This document shows positions 39,012 to 49,019 of a stretch of DNA of 64,000 nucleotides, piece by piece; within the stretch, counting starts at the first letter, position 1; each line of letters opens with the position of its first letter. The position numbers were made by a program, and so were the translations under genes. Under the pieces are notes generated by a model, which worked only from the letters and a program-made list of their open reading frames with translations, made no database searches and was not told the DNA's origin. This DNA is from Dehalococcoidia bacterium (GTDB taxonomy: Bacteria > Chloroflexota > Dehalococcoidia > E44-bin15), in the NCBI GenBank assembly GCA_035528575.1, contig DATKYK010000029.1, positions 14,824-78,823 on the forward strand, read 5' to 3'.

Positions 39012-40220
39012 CTACTCCCCTATGGGCCGCTCCTTTAGAGGCTTGACGGTGATCCCCTCCTCAACACCGGGAAGCGGTGCTACCGGCTCGGTTAGCAGGA
39101 ATTCCCCCCTCATCATCCAATCCTTGAGTATATTGGCGATCTCCACCGCCCTGGGGTAGCTCGAGAGCGATGCTGTGGGTACCTCCTTGCCCTGAAGCGA
39201 TATCCTGCCGCTCCTGAGCTCGCCATAGCTAACCTCCCCGAGAATGTCAGGGCTCCGCTGCGGATAGGCGTCGCTGTAATCCACAATGGGGGCGAATATA
39301 TCTTCTTCCTTTACCGCAGTGTAGCGCAGTATCTCCTCGGACAGGATGGGTATGGGGACGCCGATGCCCACGGTCAGGGTAGCACCGTAGCCAAGCATGC
39401 TAGTTCCCACCAGCCACCTGTGGTTCATTCGCTTCAGATCGCCGATCACCGCCAGCGTTCCCGCTCCTCTCCGGGGCACCCCGTCAGTGGAGCGCAGCGC
39501 ATCAGGGCTATGCTGGGTACCATGCCAGGCGACATACCCCATGCCACCCCCCAGGAAAAGCCTCGTCCCGATACCAATAGTCTTATAGAACGGGTCGTTA
39601 AGCAGCGGGGAGAGTTGACCCGCTGAGCAGTAGTTGGCACTACCCAGTTTCGGCTTGAGCACCCCCATATATGTATAGATGGTCTTTTCTGAGAGATTCA
39701 CCGCCACATTGTAGTTCTGGTAGGAGTTTCTCATGTTAAACAGAACCGCCTCATTGAGGTCTTTAATATTAATCCAGGTCTCCAGCCTTTTTCTGGGGTA
39801 GCAATCCGTGCCGTAGGCTGAGACCACCAGCCTCACATCCCTCCCAGCTACCAGTTCCTCAATGACATGCCCGCCGCCGTAATTAAAGGGGCCGGGGCGA
39901 ACCCTGTTTCTGGGATCATCATCGGGGATGGCGGTCGCGCCCAGAAAAACGTCTACTGCGGCAACCCCGGTATAAACGGGAACATCATTGACGTAGGCTC
40001 TTCCGCCACCTACCTTTATCCTTGGCTTGGAGTGCCCCAGGTTGAAGTAGGCACTCGAGCCGCACATGGGACTGAAGGTGCCCGTGGTCACCACATCCAC
40101 CTCCCTGGCAGCCTTCTCCACGCCTTTCTTCGCCACCAGACCGATGACCTCCTCGGCGGTTACCACTACCGCCTGGCCCTTGCCAATCTTTTCATTTATC
40201 TCCGCGATGGTCTTTGTCAA
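39012..40220 (-). CDS. DUF39 (COG1900) homocysteine-biosynthesis protein
   Basis: 402 aa with the Gly-rich DUF39 core and no CBS domains. It lies adjacent to a NIL-ferredoxin gene. Confidence 0.6.
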   Translation of the reverse strand: MTKTIAEINEKIGKGQAVVVTAEEVIGLVAKKGVEKAAREVDVVTTGTFSPMCGSSAYFNLGHSKPRIKVGGGRAYVNDVPVYTGVAAVDVFLGATAIPDDDPRNRVRPGPFNYGGGHVIEELVAGRDVRLVVSAYGTDCYPRKRLETWINIKDLNEAVLFNMRNSYQNYNVAVNLSEKTIYTYMGVLKPKLGSANYCSAGQLSPLLNDPFYKTIGIGTRLFLGGGMGYVAWHGTQHSPDALRSTDGVPRRGAGTLAVIGDLKRMNHRWLVGTSMLGYGATLTVGIGVPIPILSEEILRYTAVKEEDIFAPIVDYSDAYPQRSPDILGEVSYGELRSGRISLQGKEVPTASLSSYPRAVEIANILKDWMMRGEFLLTEPVAPLPGVEEGITVKPLKERPIGE

Positions 40221-40275
40221 TTCCCCCTCCTCTTTTGGTACTAACTAAAGCTGGAACCCATAACAGCCTCTTTAA

Positions 40276-41001
40276 TCATCCGCGCGCCATCCCACGTTCG
40301 CCACCCCGCTTCTCAGGTTTCTCCTCATCCTTCTGAAGGCTGAGGGACTCCTCAATACGCCGCAGGCGCTCAGCCAGCCCGGACTGCTCAGCAATGATAA
40401 GCTTGAGTGCATCATTAACCGGGTCTGGCAATCTACCATGTTCCAGAGCCTCCGCTGGCCCCTCATCCCCCGTCACTGCACGCCCGGGAATCCCCACCAC
40501 GGTTGCCCCAGGGGGCACGGACTGCACCACCACCGAGCCGGCGCCGACCCTCGCCCCATCCCCAATGGTAATTGCACCCAGTAATGTGGCCCCCGCTCCA
40601 ACAACCACGTTGTTACCGAGGGTGGGGTGGCGTTTCCGCTTCTCATGGGTAGTTCCCCCCAGGACCACACCCTGATATAGCAGCACATCGTTGCCGATCT
40701 CCGAGGTCTCCCCGATGACCACGCCCATGCCATGGTCGATGAAGAACCTCCTGCCGATGGCGGCTCCGGGGTGAATCTCGATCCCGGTCCAGAAGCGACT
40801 TAATTGGGAGAGCAAGCGACCGGCGAGGCGGAGTCTATGCCGCCATAGGAAATGGGCGACCCGATGAAGCCATAAGGCATGTAGCCCTGGATAGCAGCAG
40901 ATGACCTCCAGATAGCTTCTCGCCGCCGGGTCTTTATCAAGAACCGTCTTCAGGTCCTCCCCTAGTATACCTAAGGGATTAGGCAACTTCATTACCTCCA
41001 A
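40276..41001 (-). CDS. cysE: Serine O-acetyltransferase (left-handed beta-helix hexapeptide repeats)
   Basis: An N-terminal SATase helical domain followed by hexapeptide repeats ([25 protein letters not shown]). Confidence 0.8.
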   Translation of the reverse strand: MEVMKLPNPLGILGEDLKTVLDKDPAARSYLEVICCYPGLHALWLHRVAHFLWRHRLRLAGRLLSQLSRFWTGIEIHPGAAIGRRFFIDHGMGVVIGETSEIGNDVLLYQGVVLGGTTHEKRKRHPTLGNNVVVGAGATLLGAITIGDGARVGAGSVVVQSVPPGATVVGIPGRAVTGDEGPAEALEHGRLPDPVNDALKLIIAEQSGLAERLRRIEESLSLQKDEEKPEKRGGERGMARG

Positions 41002-41917
41002 AAAGTCCGGTGCTCAGATAGCGCTCCCCGCTATCGGGCAGGATCACTACGATAAGCCTGTCCTTGTTTTCCCTTCTTTTCGCCACCTCTATTGCAGCCC
41101 AGGTTGCCGCCCCCGACGAGATGCCCGCCAGTATCCCCTCCTCCCTGGCCAACCGCTCCGCCATCACCGCCGCATCTTCATCAGTGACCGCAATGATTTC
41201 ATCAATGAGTGCCAAGTTAAGAACCTCAGGGACAAATCCTGCGCCGATGCCCTGAATCCGATGGGAGCCAGCCTTCCCCCCGGAGAGGACTGGCGAGCCC
41301 GCCGGCTCTACAGCAATGGCCCGAAAGCCCGGTTTTTTCTGCTTGATCACCTCGGCGGTCCCGGTGATCGTCCCGCCGGTACCCACGCCGGCAACAAGAA
41401 TGTCCACCCGCCCCTCAGTATCCTTCCAGATCTCCTCGGCAGTGGTCTCGCGATGAACCCATGGGTTGGCGGGATTTCGGAACTGTTGGGGCATATAGGA
41501 ATCGGGGATACTTTTCACCAGTCGCTCCGCTTCCCTGATCGCCCCGCTCATTCCCGCTGCTCCCGGCGTCAAGACCAACTCAGCCCCTAAGGCCTTGAGC
41601 AGCCTGCGGCGCTCCCGGGACATCGTGTCAGGCATGGTGAGGATCAATCGATAGCCCCTGGCGGCGCAGACAAAGGCCAGGGCGATCCCGGTATTGCCAC
41701 TGGTGGGCTCGATGATAACAGTGCCCTCTTTGATCGCGCCTTCCCCTTCAGCGGCATTAATCATGGAGACACCGATCCTGTCCTTGATACTGCCGCAGGG
41801 GTTGAAAGCCTCCAGCTTGGCCACCACCTCTGCACCCAGCCCCTGGCTCACCCTGTTCAGCCTTACCAGAGGGGTATTCCCCACCAGCCCGGTAATACTG
41901 TTGGCAATCCCCGGCAT
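40979..41917 (-). CDS. cysK: Cysteine synthase / O-acetylserine sulfhydrylase (PLP fold type II)
   Basis: The Lys motif CGSIKDR and a Gly-rich loop GTGGT. Confidence 0.85.
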   Translation of the reverse strand: MPGIANSITGLVGNTPLVRLNRVSQGLGAEVVAKLEAFNPCGSIKDRIGVSMINAAEGEGAIKEGTVIIEPTSGNTGIALAFVCAARGYRLILTMPDTMSRERRRLLKALGAELVLTPGAAGMSGAIREAERLVKSIPDSYMPQQFRNPANPWVHRETTAEEIWKDTEGRVDILVAGVGTGGTITGTAEVIKQKKPGFRAIAVEPAGSPVLSGGKAGSHRIQGIGAGFVPEVLNLALIDEIIAVTDEDAAVMAERLAREEGILAGISSGAATWAAIEVAKRRENKDRLIVVILPDSGERYLSTGLFGGNEVA

Positions 41918-42344
41918 TTATACTCCCACCGAATATGGATTATCATTTTAGCCCATATATCGTGTAGTAGCAACCCTACAAACAATAAAAAGAAAGGATA
42001 CAATTCCAGCCCTGAGAATAACTATTGAATAATGGTTTAGTGGGTATTAATACAGGTTCAGTTTACGATACCTATACCACCATTTCCCCTGAGGAAGGAC
42101 TTAAGATAGTCCACCATTAAGCCTTGGCCCGAATCCATAAGACCAGGTTTTAGCATTGCGCCCGAGCGAGACAGTGTCTTTCTCGCTGAGAATCGACCCA
42201 CACGATAAATGCCTATAAAACCATCATAGTGCTGGCCAGGGTTAAAAAGACGTCGATTACAGTTACTATTCCAAAGTTCAGCAGGCTAATGAAATCCGTA
42301 GCTATCAGTCGAGCAGGAAAACCTCCGCATAGGTTGTAACTAAC

Positions 42345-45300
42345 CTAGTCTGAAAGCGGTACTTTCCCTTTGCATTCAGGATAGCGGCTGCATACGTGGA
42401 ATCTGCTACCGGCATTCGGGCCCTTTTTTGCTGTCATTACGACTGTGGCAGAGCCGCATTTTGGACACCTGATATCACCTGTCGTTACCGCAACTCGTTT
42501 GCGGTTGCGCAGACCATCGGCCAGGCTGTAAATCACCGGAATAACCACGAGGGTCAATAGTGTTGAAGTGAACAGACCACCGATCACTACCACGGCCAGC
42601 TCAGCAGCGATAATAGTGCCCTCTCCGACTCCAACAGCCAGTGGTACCATAGCTATCATTGTGGTTAACGCCGTCATCAGGATCGGTCGCAGCCTTGTTT
42701 GTCCGCCTTCAATCAGGGCATCGTAGGCGCTCATACCACTCTTCTGCAATTGTACCACCAAGGCAATGAGGACGATTGCGTTGGTGAGCACTATGCCCAC
42801 GAGCATCAGTATACCCATCATTCCCGACATACCTAGGGTATAACCAGAAATCAGTAGACCCAAAATGGCGCCAATAGATGCCAGTGGCAGGCTGACCATG
42901 ATAATAAGGGGATTCAGTATTGATCTCATTGAGATGACAAGTATCAGCAAGGCGATGAATATTGCGGCGATTATGGCGATGGCCATGCTGGAGAAGCCAC
43001 TCGCCATCTCCTCAAATATCCCACCTATCTTTACATCTACGCCCTCAAGTCCGGGGGTAGCCAGTACCTCATCGATTGCCTCATTAACCTGGCTGTTAAC
43101 TGCGCCCATATCCTTTTCATCAACGGTACCCGATATAGCGGCTGAGAACTGCAGATCATAGTGGCTGATATGGGTGGGACTCAGTGGCAGATCTACATCC
43201 GAGATATTACCCAAGGTTCCAAATACCGGAAAGCCCATCGGCAGCGCTTCTGTCAACGTTGTGGGATCATCGGCAAAATACAGCTCTCCGGAAATCCCCT
43301 TCAGCGTAATGCCATAGCTATCACTGTCTATGCTTACCATAACATCGTCAGAGCTAGTCCCCGATGTCAAGAGATACTTCTCTTTGTACGTTTCATTAAT
43401 CTGCTCATCGCTCAGCCCCATGCCAATCATTTTGGATATATCTAGATCAATGACTAGTGTAGGCACAACCAAAGTGAGCTGGGTCTCGAGGTTCGATATA
43501 CCCTCAATATCCAACAGCCTTTCATAAAGCAATTCAGCAGCCCGGTTTACCTCATCAGAGCTTTCTCCTACAACCGATAGATCGACACCAGCTGCGCCCA
43601 TCATACCGGCGTCCGATTCCTCGCCAGTGAGAACCTTGACGAAATCGAATCCCACCCCCTCCCTTAAATCATCGAGGCCCTCATCTAGCGCAAGACGTTC
43701 CCTTTTCTCATCCGTATTCGGTTCTAGCATGATTGTGATCTCAGCGGTGTTGTCACCACCACCCTGCATTGTGCTTATGATGCCCATCAGCGATGATGAC
43801 GTCCCTATAGTTGACCAGTAGTACTGCATGCCTTGAACCTGGTTATCGATTACTGACTCAACCTGTGCGACAACATCACTGGTGTCTTGGAGCTCAGTCC
43901 CGGGTAAAAGTTCAATCTCTACCATTAGCATAGGCATACCCATACTGGGTAAAAACGAAGTCCCGATCACAGGGATAAGCATAATACTGCCAATAAATAG
44001 AATGAAGGCGATTACCAGGGTGATGGCCCGGTGGCCCAGAGCCCACTTAAGCACAGAAACGTACCCTCTCTGATACCAGCTTTGACGTGGTTTGGTCTTC
44101 TCTTCGCCGACCCTATTTCTTTGTTTGCCAACGAACCACTTCGAGAAGGCGGGTACTACTATCAGCGCTACCAACAGTGAGGCTATCAATGCAAACGTTA
44201 TTGTGAGAGCAAACGGAACGAAGAGCTCCCCCACGATGCCGCCAACAAAGGCCAGCGGCAGGAAAATGGCTACGGTAGCTAGAGTAGCGGATGTGATCGG
44301 GGCTGCTACCTCTCTCGAGCCGCCAATTGCAGCTGCTCGAAAGTCCTCCCCGGCCTTCATACGGCGATATATAACCTCCGTGACCACTATGCTGTTATCA
44401 ATCAGACGACCAACAGCAATCGCCATAGCACTCAGGGTCAGGAGATTAATGGTAATGCCGGCAAAGTACATGACCAGAAAACCGATCAATACACTCACTG
44501 GAATAGACATTGCTGTCACAAGCGAAGCGCGGAAAGCCATCAAGAAGAGAAAGACAATAAATATTGCCAAAATGAAGCCAATAATCGCCATCAGTAGCAA
44601 CTGGCTTACGCTATCCTCAATGAACTCCGATTGGTCTAAAAGTGGAACGACTGTGATATCCCCTTGCAGATCCGCCTCGATCTCACGTGACTTTTCCATT
44701 ACCGCATTTGCTGTGTCGACGGTATTTGCATCACTCTCTTTCATCACGAAGATCGCCACACTCGGCTCTCCGTTCGTTTGCGTGATAGCCTTGTTCGGAG
44801 ATGGCCCGGTTTCCACACTGGCTATGTCGTCTAGGACTACACCGTCCACACCCATAGGTGCATTCCTGATAGCATCCAGGGAATCAAATTGCCCATTCAT
44901 TCTGAGCAACGCTACCATCTGATACAAAGAGACATTTGATGCCACTAGCTGTTGAGGATCGGGTGAGATGATAACCCTTTCCTTATCACCACCCTCAACT
45001 TCCACACTGAAGACTCCCTCAACTTGTGCAAAAAACGGAATAAATTGATCCTCTGCAATATTTTTCAGCTCGTACTGGGAATAGTTACCACTGAGGCTCA
45101 GGATCACCAGGGGCATCTGGCTGAGGTCGATAGGTATAATCTGGGGATTACCTTCTAACTGCCGGACTTCATCAGGAAGATCGAGACCATCAATGGCTTC
45201 CGCTATGGCACTGTTCGTGTCATCCATATTGGTGCCGTATTCAAAAGTCATAAATAGAACAGAAATTCCACTTGCCGACGTAGAGGATATGTGCTTTAGA

Positions 45301-45572
45301 CCCCGCCCTTCAAATCGCTCCCAGATGACATCTTCAATGGGCACCGTCACTTCGCTCACAACCGCTTCTGGTAAAGCATCCGGATAAACTGTTATTGCAC
45401 TGATAAAGGGGAATTCGATGTTGGGTATCAGCTCCGTCTTAAGCTGAAAAGTGCCCCAGATTGCGGCACCCGTTAATAGGACTGCTAATAAGATCGTTAA
45501 CAGGCGGCTGCGTATACCTAGCTTAGTTAGATACCACATACTCTCTCCCTTCAGGTCTTGGACTAGAACCAC
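42345..45572 (-). CDS. RND-superfamily efflux transporter (AcrB/MMPL-like) with a C-terminal topoisomerase-type C4 zinc ribbon
   Basis: Twelve TM helices in two halves with large extracytoplasmic loops. The C-terminus is CPKCGS...FHVCSRYPECKG. The start is likely MWYLTK at 45539. Confidence 0.75.
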   Translation of the reverse strand: MVLVQDLKGESMWYLTKLGIRSRLLTILLAVLLTGAAIWGTFQLKTELIPNIEFPFISAITVYPDALPEAVVSEVTVPIEDVIWERFEGRGLKHISSTSASGISVLFMTFEYGTNMDDTNSAIAEAIDGLDLPDEVRQLEGNPQIIPIDLSQMPLVILSLSGNYSQYELKNIAEDQFIPFFAQVEGVFSVEVEGGDKERVIISPDPQQLVASNVSLYQMVALLRMNGQFDSLDAIRNAPMGVDGVVLDDIASVETGPSPNKAITQTNGEPSVAIFVMKESDANTVDTANAVMEKSREIEADLQGDITVVPLLDQSEFIEDSVSQLLLMAIIGFILAIFIVFLFLMAFRASLVTAMSIPVSVLIGFLVMYFAGITINLLTLSAMAIAVGRLIDNSIVVTEVIYRRMKAGEDFRAAAIGGSREVAAPITSATLATVAIFLPLAFVGGIVGELFVPFALTITFALIASLLVALIVVPAFSKWFVGKQRNRVGEEKTKPRQSWYQRGYVSVLKWALGHRAITLVIAFILFIGSIMLIPVIGTSFLPSMGMPMLMVEIELLPGTELQDTSDVVAQVESVIDNQVQGMQYYWSTIGTSSSLMGIISTMQGGGDNTAEITIMLEPNTDEKRERLALDEGLDDLREGVGFDFVKVLTGEESDAGMMGAAGVDLSVVGESSDEVNRAAELLYERLLDIEGISNLETQLTLVVPTLVIDLDISKMIGMGLSDEQINETYKEKYLLTSGTSSDDVMVSIDSDSYGITLKGISGELYFADDPTTLTEALPMGFPVFGTLGNISDVDLPLSPTHISHYDLQFSAAISGTVDEKDMGAVNSQVNEAIDEVLATPGLEGVDVKIGGIFEEMASGFSSMAIAIIAAIFIALLILVISMRSILNPLIIMVSLPLASIGAILGLLISGYTLGMSGMMGILMLVGIVLTNAIVLIALVVQLQKSGMSAYDALIEGGQTRLRPILMTALTTMIAMVPLAVGVGEGTIIAAELAVVVIGGLFTSTLLTLVVIPVIYSLADGLRNRKRVAVTTGDIRCPKCGSATVVMTAKKGPNAGSRFHVCSRYPECKGKVPLSD

Positions 45573-45721
45573 CCTTGGTAGCTTTGGTCATTACTGTAGA
45601 CCTTCTTAAGTGCATATATTTCCCCATCCGGCGATAGTAGTAGTAAACATAAATGCGCACATTATGTAGTTATCCTCTATCACGCGGAAACACTTCGCAT
45701 GTGGGTGCATGCTGTTGAAAC

Positions 45722-46291
45722 CTAGCGTTCCGTCTCTTGCAAGCCCCTAACCACTTTCTCCATGAGCATTAAAAACATAGTCTGTTCCTCGGCCGTCAGC
45801 TGGGAAAGCATTTGCCGGAAACGCTGTACCATATATCTCTCAGTAGTCTGGTAAAGCTCCCGTCCACCATCTGTGAGAGCTACCCGAACAACCCTCCTAT
45901 CTTCCGGGTCGGGTAACCTCTGTGCGTACCCGTTATCCACAAACCAGTCGACCATCCGCGTTGCACTGCTGAACGGCACCGATAGTGCATGGCTTAATTC
46001 ACTCATTGTCATGTTAGTTACCCGATAGAGATTGAAGCTTATACGACAGAAAAGGTTGTAGTTTATGAAGCGATGAGGTTTATCTCCGATATGTATCCCA
46101 TCAAGCAGATATTGCAGTTTCTCAAGATCTTTGGGCAACATAGCATTGAACTTTATCTCTATCTGTAGCAAGTCCTGTACAAGACTAGCTATCCGGCCAT
46201 CGTAAACCTGTTGCTGATAATCATCTGTCATTAAATTCCCCGTGAAATATTTCCATAATGGAATAATATTACGGTCCTGTTGAATTGTCAA
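45722..46291 (-). CDS. MarR-family transcriptional regulator
   Basis: A winged-helix motif SELSHALSVPFSSATRMVDWFVDNGY...DRRVVRVALTDGG. Confidence 0.75.
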   Translation of the reverse strand: MTIQQDRNIIPLWKYFTGNLMTDDYQQQVYDGRIASLVQDLLQIEIKFNAMLPKDLEKLQYLLDGIHIGDKPHRFINYNLFCRISFNLYRVTNMTMSELSHALSVPFSSATRMVDWFVDNGYAQRLPDPEDRRVVRVALTDGGRELYQTTERYMVQRFRQMLSQLTAEEQTMFLMLMEKVVRGLQETER

Positions 46292-46378
46292 TCCCTGTTA
46301 CCAGGAGTCTTATATTACCCTTTCTTGCGAAAAAGCCGAAAACAACATAAACTAATGATATCCAGTGGAGGTGGTCAT

Positions 46379-47110
46379 ATGCTAGAGGTGGAAGATTTAA
46401 CCGTAGAGGTTGAGGGCAGGGAGGTAATTCATGACATTAGCCTCAATGTCGATGTTGGCGAGACCCTGGCTCTTTTCGGCCCTAATGGCAGCGGCAAGAC
46501 CACATTGCTGATGGCGATTATGGGCTTCCCCCGCTACAAGGTAACCAGGGGACGCATCCTCTTCAATGGGGAGGATATTACCCATTTGCCGGTGGATGAG
46601 CGTTCCCGGATGGGTATCGGCATCCTCTTCCAGCGCCCTCCGGTGGTGCGCGGCGTGAAGATGAGGGATATGGTGCGGGCGTGCCTGGGCAGCAGGGAAG
46701 ACGGTGCCGTTATCGAGCAGCTTGCCGAGCAGGCAAATATGGTAGAGCTCCTCGATCGAGATGTGAACTATGGGTTTTCCGGTGGCGAGATCAAGCGCTC
46801 GGAGCTACTACAGCTAATCGCCCAGAGCCCGGAATTCGTCCTGCTCGATGAGCCCGATTCCGGGGTCGACCTGGTGAACATCTCACTGGTCGGCGAGATG
46901 ATCAACGAGCTTTTACAGAAGAACCGTATGCGCAGCAGAACCAGCTCCGGCCTGATCATTACCCACACCGGACACATCCTGGATTATGTCAATGCAGACC
47001 GGGCCTGTGTCCTGCTTAATGGCGGCATCTGGTGTCGCGGAAATCCGCAGGAGATTCTGACCAGCATAAAGAGTCATGGCTACGAAGGCTGTGCCGTATG
47101 TCAGAAATAA
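46379..47110 (+). CDS. sufC: Fe-S cluster assembly ATPase SufC
   Basis: Walker A GPNGSGKTT, the ABC signature, and Walker B. The start is assigned to the ATG at 46379, which follows the RBS ggaggtg. Confidence 0.85.
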   Translation: MLEVEDLTVEVEGREVIHDISLNVDVGETLALFGPNGSGKTTLLMAIMGFPRYKVTRGRILFNGEDITHLPVDERSRMGIGILFQRPPVVRGVKMRDMVRACLGSREDGAVIEQLAEQANMVELLDRDVNYGFSGGEIKRSELLQLIAQSPEFVLLDEPDSGVDLVNISLVGEMINELLQKNRMRSRTSSGLIITHTGHILDYVNADRACVLLNGGIWCRGNPQEILTSIKSHGYEGCAVCQK

Positions 47111-48315
47111 AACGCCCTCGAGAAACGGAGGAAAGAAAACACTCTCCCCCCGGGGATAGCATCGATCTAGATGCCTACTCCCAGGTAGCGGAGGAACATC
47201 CCTATCAAGAAGACCCCTCTCTCCTTCCGTCTCAAGACAAGGAGCGTATCCTGGGTTCGGGGGTGATGCTGGATGACCCGGCACAGCGCTCTGGTACCTT
47301 CCTCCAGATCGACCACTCGGTGGTTCACAGCAAAGCGGAGCAGGAAGGGCTGGAGCTCATGAGCACCGTTGCGGCGCTGGAGAAATACCCCTGGCTCCCG
47401 GATTACTGGTGGCAGGCAGTATCTCCCGGTGCCGATAAATTCACCGCCGAGGCGGAGCGCAACCAGCATCATGGCTATTTCATCCGCACGCTCCCCGGGG
47501 TAAAGGCCATACAGCCAGTCCAGGCCTGTCTTTATATCTCTCAGCATGGTCTGGCCCAGAACGTGCACAATGTCATTATCGCCGAGGAGGGCTCGGAGCT
47601 TCATATAATTACCGGCTGTGCCACCGCGAAGATGGAAAGGGAGGGCCTTCACATCGGGATTTCCGAGTTCTATGTGAAGAAAGGGGCCAAAATTACCTTC
47701 ACCATGATCCACAACTGGGCGCCCAGGATGGCGGTGCGCCCCCGCAGCGGGATAATCGTTGAAGAGGGCGGCACATTCTTAAGCAACTACGTCTGTCTCA
47801 AGCCGGTACGCACCCTGCAGATGTACCCCAAGGCGCGATTAGTCGGGGAAAACGCCCTGATACGTTTCAACAGCGTTCTTGTTGCCGCTACGGGATCAAC
47901 AATGGATGTCGGCTCCCGTGTCATCCTGGAGGCCAGGGGAAGCAGGGCGGAGATTGTATCGCGGGCGATCACCACCGGGGGGAGTATCATCGCCCGGGGT
48001 CACCTGGTAGGGCAGGTTCCCGATGTCAAGGGGCACCTGGAGTGCCGCGGCCTGATCCTATCGGAGGAGGGGGTAATTCACGCCATTCCCGAGCTTGAGG
48101 GATGGGTAGAAGGGGTAGACCTCTCTCACGAGGCAGCGGTGGGCAAGATTGCGGAGGAAGAGATAGAGTACCTCATGGCGCGGGGCCTCTCCCGGGACGA
48201 AGCTGTCGCGGTCATTATAAGGGGTTTCTTAAGCGTTGACATCGAGGGCTTACCGCCGGAGCTCAGCGCTCAAATGCAGCGCGCCATCGAGCTAAGCGAG
48301 CAGGAACTGCTATAA
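47098..48315 (+). CDS. sufB: Fe-S cluster assembly protein SufB/SufD family
   Basis: The SufBD beta-helix core. The probable start is MSEIKRP at 47098, overlapping sufC by 13 nt. Confidence 0.75.
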   Translation: MSEIKRPRETEERKHSPPGDSIDLDAYSQVAEEHPYQEDPSLLPSQDKERILGSGVMLDDPAQRSGTFLQIDHSVVHSKAEQEGLELMSTVAALEKYPWLPDYWWQAVSPGADKFTAEAERNQHHGYFIRTLPGVKAIQPVQACLYISQHGLAQNVHNVIIAEEGSELHIITGCATAKMEREGLHIGISEFYVKKGAKITFTMIHNWAPRMAVRPRSGIIVEEGGTFLSNYVCLKPVRTLQMYPKARLVGENALIRFNSVLVAATGSTMDVGSRVILEARGSRAEIVSRAITTGGSIIARGHLVGQVPDVKGHLECRGLILSEEGVIHAIPELEGWVEGVDLSHEAAVGKIAEEEIEYLMARGLSRDEAVAVIIRGFLSVDIEGLPPELSAQMQRAIELSEQELL

Positions 48316-48402
48316 CCTCAAGTAGTCATCAGTGTATTATTTCCGCGCATACGACTAAGCTAAAGATGGTATCTTAACTTGGACTTTGATTAATCATAGG
48401 CT

Positions 48403-48912
48403 ATGACCATCAGATGGGCTTTCGCTGAAGATGCACACGCATTGGCTCGGGTCCATGTAGCCTCATGGCAAACGGCTTATCGTGGCATGATTCAAGAATT
48501 GGTGCTCAAGGATTTCACAATCGACAAATGGGAAGACCATTTTCAGAAGGCGATTACGGAAAAAACGGAAGAGATTGTGGTAACCGAAGAGCATGGTAAT
48601 GTGCTCGGTTATACGATCATCGGGCCCAGTCGGGATGAAGACATAGGCAAAGAGAATTGTGGGGAGGTCTGGGGACTTTATATTTCACCAGATCATTGGA
48701 GGAAGGGTCTTGGCTCGCGACTTACGGAATGGGCTTTTAGTGAACTCCGATCCAGAGGTTACGACATAGTCACTTTGTGGGTCTTTCAAAGAAACGTAGC
48801 CGCAGTGAAGTTCTATGAGGCTATGGGTTTTGTCCTCGACGGCACCACCAAACATATAAGAGCCGATGCTCCATTGGCAGTTCGTTATCGCAAACGACTG
48901 AGTACCCGCTAA
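48403..48912 (+). CDS. GNAT-family N-acetyltransferase
   Basis: The acetyl-CoA motif RKGLGSRL. Confidence 0.7.
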   Translation: MTIRWAFAEDAHALARVHVASWQTAYRGMIQELVLKDFTIDKWEDHFQKAITEKTEEIVVTEEHGNVLGYTIIGPSRDEDIGKENCGEVWGLYISPDHWRKGLGSRLTEWAFSELRSRGYDIVTLWVFQRNVAAVKFYEAMGFVLDGTTKHIRADAPLAVRYRKRLSTR

Positions 48913-49019
48913 GAACTCGAGAGACCCCTTTCTCCTGTGGTAACTGCCCGTTATATAGCAGGGAGAGAAGTTTAAATAACACCGCCGTAAGATAAATCCC
49001 ATTTGACCTGCCACCGTTT

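Noticed and set aside
41918-42344. 426-bp region upstream of cysK as a possible riboswitch or T-box leader
   Set aside because: Only a modest imperfect hairpin (gcgagacag...tctcgc) was seen, and no recognisable SAM or T-box features could be verified by eye. It is too weak to report as a feature.
43882-44922. Plus-strand ORFs up to 276 aa
   Set aside because: They are antisense to the RND transporter gene and low-complexity.
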